NCBI RefSeq assembly: GCF_036321535.1 | Contig: NC_087437.1 | Span: 93,002,001 to 93,066,000 of the forward strand | Length of the DNA stretch: 64,000 nucleotides | Direction of reading: 5' to 3' | From: Camelus dromedarius | Lineage: Eukaryota | Part shown: positions 53,714 through 64,000 of the stretch, piece by piece | Numbering within the stretch: position 1 is the first letter of the stretch | Layout: each line of letters opens with the position of its first letter | Made by a program: the position numbers and the translations under genes | Notes under the pieces: generated by a model | Told to the model about the DNA's origin: nothing | Database searches by the model: none | Seen by the model: only the letters and a program-made list of their open reading frames with translations

Positions 53714-54040
53714 CAGTTGACCCTTGAACAACTTGGAGTTTAGGTGCACCTACCCCTGCACAATTGAAACCCACATCCTGCTATCTCTGCCTCAAAAGCA
53801 AAGAAACGGATGAATAACTCACCCAAGGGCAGGAAGCTGAAACATTTTGGATAGAATCAGGACTCAAACCCTAGTTATTTTGATTCCATATATTTGTGAT
53901 CTCTAAGTAAACACAAACTTTCCCCCACACTATTTAAAGATATGTAAAATAAAAATACAGATACTATATTTACTGAAAAATAAAATCCATGTATTAGTGG
54001 ACCTACTCAGTTCACACCCATTTTATTCAAAGGTCAGCTG
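53714..54040. mobile_element. Tigger2-type MITE with non-Tigger interior
   Basis: TA|cagttgacccttgaacaac ... ttttattcaaaggtcagctg|TA. The interior (53778-53908) is MIR-like. Confidence 0.8.
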
Positions 54041-54725
54041 TATCTTCTGTCTCTATAGACAACACATCTATTTTATATTTTATTAATGATTCATAAAATA
54101 TAATAAAATAAATTATTTTGGAAGCACTACAAATATGATTTACTTCTATCAGTTTAATCTAGTGGTGATTTATTAAAGAATTGTTTATGTTGTTTACACT
54201 TTATGTTAAGAGCATTTTAGAGGTCCAAAGAATAGAATTTAATGTTTTTTAAACCCAGTTGAACTTTTTAATTATATGCTCCATTTTCATTAATGTTTCT
54301 TTTCTGATTATCAAAAGAAATTCTTTTTCTGTTGATTCATACTGATAGTCTATCTACTCACATAGTTACAGCCAATTATGTTAAATGCAGTGTTGTAACT
54401 CCTTTTGGTCAGGAAGGAAATAGATTCAGTACTGCAGTAACTGGAATCAGTGGGACATTTAGTAACTCTTCCCTTAATCAACTCTGTGATATTGGGCAAT
54501 ACTTTCTTTTCAGTTATTAAATTCACATCACCTCCTTTTTTGCTTTTTATCGAATTGTAGCATCAGTAGCTTTTTTTCTCTTTTCTTTTATCTTTGTAGA
54601 TATTAGGACACAGTTTTCACATTTGAACTTGTGTCTACCTGGAAAACAATCAGTTCGTGACATTTATGTCTGGGAGGAACCAGAAAGTATGTGTTCCATC
54701 TACAGAAATTGAAAAATTTCAAGTA

Positions 54726-54960
54726 CAGTTGTCCCTCAGTATCTGCAGGTGATTTGTTCCAGTAGCCCCACTGTATGCCAGATCCACAGGTGCTCAAGTT
54801 CTTTATATAAAACAGCATAGTGTGGTGAATTTGGTGGGCCCTCTGTATCCAGGGATGCAAAATCTGAGAATATAGAGGGTTGACTGTATATTTATTGAAA
54901 AAAAATTCTTGTATAAGTGGACCTGTGTGGTTCGAACCCATGTTGTTGAAGAGTCAACTG
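54726..54960. mobile_element. TcMar-Tigger MITE with MER2-like left part and Tigger2-like right end
   Basis: ta|cagttgtccctcagtatctgcagg...tgctcaagttctttatataaaa...agagggttgactgta, then tttattgaaaaaaa...gtataagtggacc...tgttgttgaagagtcaactg. Confidence 0.8.
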
Positions 54961-55289
54961 TCCTGTGCAAGCTAAACAGAACAGTGGTGTCTGTCAGCCA
55001 GGGCCAGTTTGTGATCTGTGGTTTATATATTTCTATCTTTACACGTCTACCCCCAAGATATTTAGTATTTAAACACATTTTGTTCCTGCTTGGGAGTATT
55101 TTGGGCAATAAACAACTTTCATTTTACCTTTCAGAAATAAAATATACATTACCAATCAAATAGACAAGTTAGAAAAATGTATCTTTTTAAAAATATTGTT
55201 TACCAAAGATTTTTGATAAGCAAATTTATTCCTGTCTTCATTCTGAAATACCCATATTGAAACCTTGTTAAAAAAAAAAAAAGTATAGA

Positions 55290-55355
55290 CGTGCTTTTTG
55301 CAGTGAACCCAAAACTGCTCTAAAAAAATAAAATTTGTTAATTTAAAAAAATTTC
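55290..55355 (+). mobile_element. Ultra-short L1 (L1MB/MC-like) 3' terminus with 13-bp TSD
   Basis: gtgaacccaaaactgctctaaaaaaataaaa, flanked by AAAAAAGTATAGA at 55277-55289 and 55356-55368. Confidence 0.6.
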
Positions 55356-56696
55356 AAAAAAGTATAGATATTAGAAATCCCCTTACAAAATGGAGTGATT
55401 TTGATCTTGTAGAATGCCTCTTTGTATTCATTTCTTTTTGTTAAACAGAATATTTTGTCTTTAAATCCTAAGTGAATATGCCTTAATGGCAACATTAGCA
55501 AATTCTACCTTCATCTTGGCTTGGACCCAACAATCTAGAACCTCTTGGCTCCCTTTCTTGTCTGCTTGATTGCTTGGATATCTGTTTTTTCATTTCTTTT
55601 TTTAGCTTTCAGTAACTCTTCAAAACTCAAAGTAACTTTACTTAAAGCAGTTAATTACTAACAACACTCATCTTTCCCCAAGGTTTCGATTTATAATTCT
55701 GAAGCCGATTGTGATGACTTAATCTCCACTTATGTCAGATTGCTTTAATGTATGGAAGGTTAAAAAAAAAATACATAAATTTCAAATGGGTTAAAGAATT
55801 GTGTACACTATTACTGCTTTGTCATTAAACTAAATGAGGTATTAAAGTCTTAAAACCACAGTTATAATGAGATAGAGAACTCAACCATAACTGTATGACC
55901 AAAGAAAATACTAACTGATGATGCCCTCTTTTCAATTGTCCAAAATAGTCTTGTTGCGTGTGGTGTTTTTAATTGAGTTATAATAGTTCTTTGTTTTCTT
56001 TCTGTTTTTATGGATAAGGACTTTTTAACTTGTAGAACTTTTTACTTTATTAAACATGTATTTTTTTTTAGTAATTAGATCTCTTTTTTTTTTACCCTCA
56101 CAAAACAATAGTCTACTCAATGTTATATTGCTTATTTTATAGTTGATTTTAAATGTATTTTTTTCTTTTACTTTTTATTCTGAACTATATCTGTTTGAAA
56201 TTGTAGAATAAGAAAATATTTTCAGGCGAGAAACACTAAAGGCTGAGGGTAGTTTTCTACTGATAATGAAATTATGTTTCCTAAAAGGTGAAACTATGTC
56301 ACTGGTTATATTACATGAAAAATCTTGAAAATTCAGAGATAAGTAACAGATTTTTTTTTTGATAAACACTACTATGTAGTAATCAGTGTATGTTTGCTGA
56401 GGATAGAGCATTGAACAAGAAACAGAGTTACACATTTTTTTCTTAGTTTTTCCCAGATTCTGAGTAATTTTGAGGCTAAAGAAATTTAATAAGTTTTCCT
56501 TTTAGAATGAATTTTATCAAACAAATGAGGTGAATGTTAGCAATTTTCTGGGTTTTTATATGATATATTTCTTTGTACATCATGATTCCTAAGATAGAGA
56601 TTTTGATTTAATTAACACTCTTAGCAAAGGGTATATAACAATTAAGGAAAACACTATAGACATTGTGCTTAAATATATATTTCTCTAATATTTTAG

Positions 56697-56812
56697 CTGG
56701 GAAGTTTTAAGATTCCTTCTGTCAAACATAAGGTGGTGGTTGGAAGAATATAGCTTTGATGGATTTCGTTTTGATGGTGTTACATCCATGCTCTATCATC
56801 ACCATGGAATAG
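56697..56812 (+). CDS. GBE1: GBE1 coding exon (exon 8 equivalent), 116 nt, phase 2-1; catalytic nucleophile Asp357
   Basis: Acceptor tttctctaatattttag, donor TAG|gtaggt. Translates [38 protein letters not shown](G), with GH13 region II (GFRFDGVT). The Asp codon is at 56773-56775. Confidence 0.98.
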
Positions 56813-57589
56813 GTAGGTAACCTGATATACTATGGATATGATTATATTGACTGATTATAATTATTTTATTTTACTTTTTACTGGAAGATTACAACCATGT
56901 TTGGGATTCAGTTACATGGCTCCAATAAACATTATTGTTAGGTTGATTTTAATTAGTTCCATTGTTTGTCTTTTCTCTAGTCACTTTTGATTCGTTTTTG
57001 GCAAGAGATTGGGTGTAAATACATTTTATAAGTAAATAAAAGATAATTTTATTTGAAATATATCTGCTTTATAATATGCTATCTTTAGTATGTAGCATTC
57101 TTTTAAGATGTTGTTTAAGGATACCATTTATTGCAGCACCCTGAGAATGGGAACATGACAACATTTGTAATGAAAAATAAGTAACAAAAATAATAAATGA
57201 GAACATTTGGTAATGTATGGGTTCCTTTTCATAGTAAACACTGAAGAAAATATGTATGTTTTAAATATAGATGTGCTCAGTTAAATGTAAATTGACTTAT
57301 AATTAAAAATATAGATCAGAGATCTGCAGTTTAAAACCCGTACAAAGAAGTGGGATCACAGAATCCTAATCCTTCAATAGATAACATGGAGAACAATTAT
57401 CATATTTTAATGGTCAAATATTTCACCAGTAACAAGCAATCTAAAAAGGGATTTTAGACTATAAATCTTAAAAAGTGGCTGCCAAGGAAAGATGCTAAAT
57501 TCAAAGTGTTCTGTTATCTGCTCTTCATTGTGATGCTGTCCCCATGAAATGTTCTTAGGGAAGAAATTCAATCTATAAAACATAACAGA

Positions 57590-58480
57590 TTTCATTGATA
57601 TCCTCCACTTGGGAGAGAAACTGATTTAAGGGATAAAAATGGCAAGCATGATAAAATTCAAGAAAGATCCTCTCCTAGGATGAAGCACCTACATGTCCCT
57701 GCAGAACCTCCCTCTGCTGAAAGCTAGATGTTTGCCAAGGAATAGTGGAGTTGGGGAGATGAACTGAAGTCCAGGGATATGGGATATGCTTTTTATGGGT
57801 AGAGAGCTCAAGAAATGATAAAGAAAAATATTGTGAGTTACTTACCATGTTTTCCTCGTCTGACATGAGAGGGGAAAAAAAGAAAGAAAGAAGCCACTGA
57901 AACTGCATAGCAAAAGAACAACAACAAAAAAATACCAGGAAAAAAACCCCACAATTAATATAGAGCATTTAACTTATAAAATTCAATGATAAAGAGAAAT
58001 TCATCAGGTAACATCTAAGAAGAAAAAGCAATTTATCTGCACGGATGCAAAAAAAAAATTGTTGGGTTCATACTACTCTATTGTTACGGCAATGTCTACA
58101 AAATTCTTAAGGAAACAAAGTGTGATTTGAGAATGTGATGGTTGAATTACCATTGAGGGATAAATCTGAAAGAACTTGAGGAATAAAACTTCCATAATTG
58201 TACTTGAAAATATCTTTCAGTGATGGAATCCAGCAAACTGGAAAAAAAAAAAGGTCAAAATAAAAAACTTAAGATATAGGAAATCAAGGGGGAAAGGCAG
58301 GCATTGAGCACTAGTTAAGCTTAATTAAAAATAAGAATAAACAACTGAAGGAATAGAAAGTAAATAGTATAACCCCAATAAGAAAAATACACTATAAGCA
58401 ATCAGAATTAGGAGGTGGGGGAAGAGGAGGTAGAAGGCAGTAGGGGGATGTTAAACTGTCCTTGTCATCATAGAAAATCC
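57590..58480 (+). mobile_element. Degraded L1 ORF1/HAL1-like fragment
   Basis: A-rich sequence with taaaattcaatgataaagagaaattcatcagg...gcaatgtctacaaaattcttaaggaaa...tgatttgagaat. Boundaries are approximate. Confidence 0.5.
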
Positions 58481-58952
58481 ATATTGCATAAATTGGAGCC
58501 ATATTTAAATAATATAAATATTATGTCTCAATTTTATGAAGGTTTTCATGTTTGCTTTCCTTCAGAGTTATGTACTATTAGCTAACTAACATCTCTTAAT
58601 GTAACAAAAAAGAAGTATCTAAAGTTTGAAATTTATAAATCTCTGATATCACTTTATTTTTCTGCTGTAAAATTCAGTTCAAATTAAATTAAAATTTTAA
58701 ATCTCAGTGTTTTTGTTTGCTCTTGTAAAACAAAAATTGAATTGCAGGATTGTCTGAACTTTGAATGTTGATTTGGAGTACTTTCCTCAATTAAATCATA
58801 TAGTTGCTGATAAGATTACGTGGTAGGGAGACTCATTACACTTTGCCATGATAACAAAACTGATATCAGCCAACTAATTGGTGGAGGCATTTGTGATGAG
58901 TTAAGACTTACATGTTAATATAATGCATCCATATTGATTTTCTGTTCTCTAG

Positions 58953-59080
58953 GTCAAAATTTTTCGGGTGGTTACCATGAATATTTTGGACTACAAGTAG
59001 ATGAAGATGCCTTGACTTATCTCATGTTGGCAAATCATCTGGTTCACATACTGTATCCAGATTCTATAACAATAGCTGAG
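58953..59080 (+). CDS. GBE1: GBE1 coding exon (exon 9 equivalent), 128 nt, phase 1-0; catalytic acid/base Glu412 is the last codon
   Basis: Acceptor ttttctgttctctag, donor GAG|gtaaag. Translates (G)[42 protein letters not shown]. Confidence 0.98.
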
Positions 59081-62000
59081 GTAAAGCCATAATGATCTCT
59101 ACCCTCTGACCCCTGTTTAATATAGAACATTTTGTCAGCATACAGTATTTGAACAATCTCTATGTTGTTGGTAATTACACAAATGAAATTATACCCTGAC
59201 TGTAGTGCAGCTACCTTGTATGGGTGGCACGTTGTTTAGAATTCACTGCTTTCCTATTAGGAGATAGTGTACACTAATTACTTGTCATTATTGCATTGTT
59301 AAAAGGGAAAATGCCAGTGGTTAGAAAGTAAAATATCCTAATCAGTGGACAGGTCCTTTCGCCATGAGACCTTCAGCACAGAAAAGAATTGAATATTAAT
59401 ACGCATCTGTCTATTTATTTATTAATTTTTTCTTTTCTGGTTGAATCATTAGAGATGGCATGGATCATTGCCTGCGAGCTTCTCTGAAACCTCTCTTGTT
59501 CTGATGCGATTACCTTTCTTGTTTAAGTTATTGCTCTCGGATTGCCAAATGTTCACTAGTTATTCATGATTACTGAAGGTTCATGATTAACTGTCCCAAA
59601 GCTGCACTGTAATGATATAATTTCGTATATGCATAATTGACAATTCCCTTCTTGGTGATAAATGTGATAAATTAAGAAGTTTGTTAAATGGTTATGCTAA
59701 TTTAGATTTAGTACTAAAATCCCTCTGGTTTTCTGAGTCCTCTAACTAGGAGTTATTATTAAAATTAAATTTAGTGTGTTAAAACCGTCCTATACAAAGT
59801 GTAGTGGTTGGCATATATAAACAGCAAGACTGTTGTTAAAAGAGTCAGAATTAATGTGTATTTTCACATTGTTGGCATTTAGTTCACTGGAATGAAATGC
59901 AGGAATGACACCCTCCTTCTTGTAGTATTTATTATTTGTATACCCTTTTTTTCTATCCATCATTTCTCAAAAGCCCAAAATCTCACACTAGGTGATACGA
60001 TTTCCTGGTTTATCTCTGGATAGAGAACAGTTACTTGCTGTAGGTCTTTTGCCTTCTAAGTATCTTCCAGGAATACAGCAATGGATCCTAAGTTCCTGGA
60101 ATGAATTTTTAATAAGAATTAAAAAAAACAATTATAATACCATTTTGATACCCTGTATTGTTTCACATTCTCTACCTACTTACATTTGGTCATAACTTAT
60201 AAGTCTTTCTAATACTTGTGCTAATACTTTATGTGCTGAATGTTTTTTACTGTCAATCAGAGTATATTTTAAACTTGCATTGTGTCTTCTGTGTATTTTA
60301 ATTTTATCTATCAAACATCAAAAAAGTTAGTTTATTGATATGTATTTATGGCAGTTTGAAGCAGTGATATTACATATGACAAATTATTACAAACAATTAA
60401 TGACAGCACAAATCAAAAGTGGGTACCAAAGAAAAAAAAGCAATTATTTAATACATGAAACTTAAAATTGTTACATTGATCTTTCCGTTCATTTCAAGTA
60501 AAATAGTTTCATCATCTAGGGAGTTCTTGTCTGATTATCAGTGTTTCTACCAATGAAACTTTGAGACTTTAGTCTACTTTATATTACTTGGTTTTAGATT
60601 TTTTTTTTAAACAAGATGTGTCTTCAATTTATTCTACTTAAATTGAAAACTACTTCAATTTCAATATATCACTTTTCTGTCTTGTGGAAGACTCTTCAAA
60701 ATGTGGAATTGATCCTCATGAACTTTTTTTTTTTAAGAAAGGAGTGTGGTGTAACGAATAAGTAATGCAATGTTGTATGAAATCCTGTAGTAGAAATTTT
60801 AATTTATTTATAATGACAATTATTAACAATAAAGCTTTTTTTTCTAGAACATATCTACCATTCCATATGATTATACTTGCTGTATTAGTTGAAACTATTT
60901 TTGACTGAGACTTTTTCCTTCTCTGGAATAGTCATAAGTGACCTTTAGATATTAAAGAATTAAAACTATTTTTATCTTCATCTGAAACATATATGATCAT
61001 TTTAATATGTTAGTGTCAGCGTCTTTATATTTAAAGTATATTTATTTTAGTTACCTTTATATTTACTTTTTTTTTCCTTATAAGAGTTTAAAAAGATAGT
61101 CATTAACTCTCCACTCTCAAAGGAGATGTACAAATATCTCATATGCATTAACAGAGCAGCCTTCTAGGATTCAGATTTTTGAGTTAAGACCAATTGGTGT
61201 CCAAATATTTTTCATAGCAGATTCCATTTCCCATTAAACTATTTCCTAAAACTACCTTTACATCAAATATAAAATGTACCTTAATGTTTTCCTGAGAAAA
61301 ATTATCTTGATCTTTAATACCAGCTATCACCAACCAGTCTTATGAAAACTCTTGATCTTGTGGAAACTCTTTCAGAAAGTCATCATGTCTGTAATTCCAG
61401 TGCCTAACACAGGTGCCTGATATTTAATACATATTCAGCCAGTGTTTATAAGGAATCAAAACTGAATACCTAGTGTATCTGTGAAAATGTGACCTATTTT
61501 GATAAATATAACTTCTTTTAAAATGGTTTATTGTCTGTTAACCATCCTTTTTCATGTTTTCAATTCACCTTTACTTACTTTTGTAAAGTACTATGTAGAA
61601 ATAAGACGTTATTGACCCGTATTTAATTTTCTTTACAGATGTATTCCACCGTATACTAAATTTAATGATACCTCTCTTCCATTAGAAAACAATCAATAAA
61701 TTATTTTAGAAGTCCAGAGAGGTCATATATTTCTTTTTTTCTAGGTTTTCTGTGGGAAGAGTGTGGGGATGGTGTTGTGGAAGAAGCAGTTAAGTCTCAG
61801 AAATCTCAGAGTATGTGATAGGAAGTAATGATAATAGCCCAAGGAAGACTTTGAGCAATGACACACATGGAAAAGCTTGTGACAGTTACAAGAGTAGGGA
61901 AGAGTAGATATTTCAAAGTGGTGAATGTAGTTAACACTTGAAATGAAATAGTAGAAGTAATGATGGAAAGATGTAGATCTCTTCATTGCACTGTCTGTCG

Positions 62001-62603
62001 ACTTCAGTCAACAATTATGACAACTACATCACATTGTTATTTCATGATAAGTGTGTTTATTTAGGTCCTCATTCAGTTATCAAGTTGAATAATTCGGGCA
62101 GTGATGGGCAGTGACGGGGGCAGATCATTTGGCAGCAATTTGTGTGAAGAGAGAAACTGGAGATGGGGAATTGCATTTGGAAACATCACGATCTAAGCAA
62201 GCAGTAATGTAGGTTAAATAAGATAGTGTCTGTAGACTTGGAGCAAAGGAAAGGAATTTATTTGAAAGATAGTGTGGAGTTAGGATTGCTAGTACTTGTC
62301 TCATATTTTACCACAGTTGTTATAATGACGTATTTTGTTACATCTGGGTCCTCATACCATTGTTTTTACCCATCTGTTTGTTGGCTTGTTTATTAACTTG
62401 ATAACCAATAATCTAGTGGTGGCTCGACAGTAGGAAGACCCTGTCAAAAGGCTTGACATACAAGTTTTGGCTCTCCCATTGAGAATCATATGTCTTTAGT
62501 GATCCCTTTGCCTTAGTAAGCCTCAGCTTTATCTTCTAAATAAAGAGGATCCACTGCAGACCCTTACTGACTATAGTGGAAGTCATTTTATTTCTTCACT
62601 CTT

Positions 62604-62722
62604 TTTAAAAAAAAAATTATTTTTTTATTATTATTATTATTCTTTTTTATGATGGGGGTACTGGGGATTGAATCTCGTGCATGTTACACATGCACTCTAT
62701 CACTGAGCTATACCCTCTTCCC
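62604..62722 (-). mobile_element. vic-1-like SINE with a small deletion in the B-box region
   Basis: gggggtactggggattgaatctcgtgcatg...ctctatcactgagctataccctcttccc. TSD core CTTCACTCTT at 62594-62603 and 62728-62737. Confidence 0.85.
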
Positions 62723-63206
62723 AGTTGCTTCACTCTTAATGTACTAACTTGACTTTCCATTTCATCAGAAGCTAAGTGCTCACAAAATACACTCCATGTC
62801 AGTGCTGTATACGGAGAGAACAAGGATAACAGATATATAGCACGTGTATTTTTATGTTTGATGAAAGCAGTAGCTAGTAATACCAGGGCTCAAAAAAAAG
62901 GGTCAGAAACTCTGTTTCAGCAGTAATGCTTTTACTGTTTTCTGTGTGACACTAACAAAAAGAAAACAAAATAGCCTCATGAGATCCAAGTTGTCCTGCA
63001 GCAGAAAGCATTACACAAAGTCTTTTTGGGAAATGAAATATGCTATCACAATCTTATCTACTTTTACAATTATGCTACCAAAACACCCACAAAATATATG
63101 CCCCCATTTATTGTTTGTACTTATTGGCCTGGATTTTACTGTTAGAAGAATACTTAGTAAAATTTTGAGCAATATGAACTGAGAATGCTGGTGCTCTTTA
63201 TTTTAG

Positions 63207-63425
<219 letters not shown>

Positions 63426-64000
63426 TAAATTCTCTCATTAGTGTGTTGATTCTTGTGCTTTTTAATAAGGTGCTTCTCAAACTTCTAAAAGTTCTAGTTT
63501 AGAGCATTCACACTTACATTATGCAGACAAGGAGAAAAAATGTTAGCTGTGTAAATGGAATTTTGCATTATCAATGCAATTATATGAAACTTCAGTGTTC
63601 TATATTTAAAACACATTAAACTTCATCAAAGCATCTATTTCTGCCTGCAAATCATCAATTAACATAGAAGTCACTCCTTCATTTCCAGTGCTTGCTTCAT
63701 AGTATGGTTTTTTCGCAGCAGATTTGGATTCATCCATTCCTTCATTTAGTATTTAAAAGTCTTTACCAAGTGTCAGGCACTGGGAATGAATAATTGTACA
63801 TGACACCTTGCGTATCATTGCTAAACCAATTTTATTAAATTTAATGACAGTTCAAGTAGTTTGGACTATATTTTGTTTCATTTAATGTTTGCCTAAAAGA
63901 CTAAAGTTGTTATATAGAGTTAGATTTGATATAGAACAGTTTTGATTGGCCAAGTCCGTAATCATAGGCTAATATGTATAAGGAGTCAGATGTGTGTCAA

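Larger units (their letters stand above)
14938..56696 (+). other. GBE1: GBE1 intron 7 (41,759 nt), repeat-rich
   Basis: GT...AG between exons 7 and 8. The split codon AG|C (Ser331) joins in frame, and no GBE1 coding sequence is missing between the two exons. Confidence 0.95.

Noticed and set aside
58958..58966. N-glycosylation sequon N-F-S in exon 9
   Set aside because: GBE1 is a cytosolic enzyme without secretory routing, so the sequon is unlikely to be used.

Overview
Mammalian nuclear DNA, AT-rich and CpG-depleted, very probably camelid because it carries four vic-1-type tRNA-derived SINEs. The whole window lies inside the + strand gene GBE1 (1,4-alpha-glucan branching enzyme). Seven internal coding exons are present, matching human exons 4-10 (126, 136, 91, 210, 116, 128 and 99 nt). 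They have GT-AG boundaries and splice into one open frame that includes the catalytic Asp357 and Glu412 (human numbering). The rest is intron, including a 41.8-kb intron 7, filled with L1, L2, L3, MIR, MaLR/ERVL LTRs, Tigger and hAT elements and microsatellites. Apart from one L1 ORF2 remnant and a read-through of exon 10, the ORF track is noise. I found no support for a new multi-gene system. The best unexplained structures are (i) a TSD-flanked, AATAAA-bearing non-repeat retroposed insert (orphan L1 3' transduction or truncated retrocopy) whose poly(A) tail grew into a 250-nt microsatellite, (ii) a Tigger2-type MITE that encloses a much older MIR fragment, and (iii) an ARE/AP-1 motif that appears to have arisen by mutation inside a MER58A copy. 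Repeat family names and human protein comparisons are from memory and need confirmation by RepeatMasker/Dfam and alignment.
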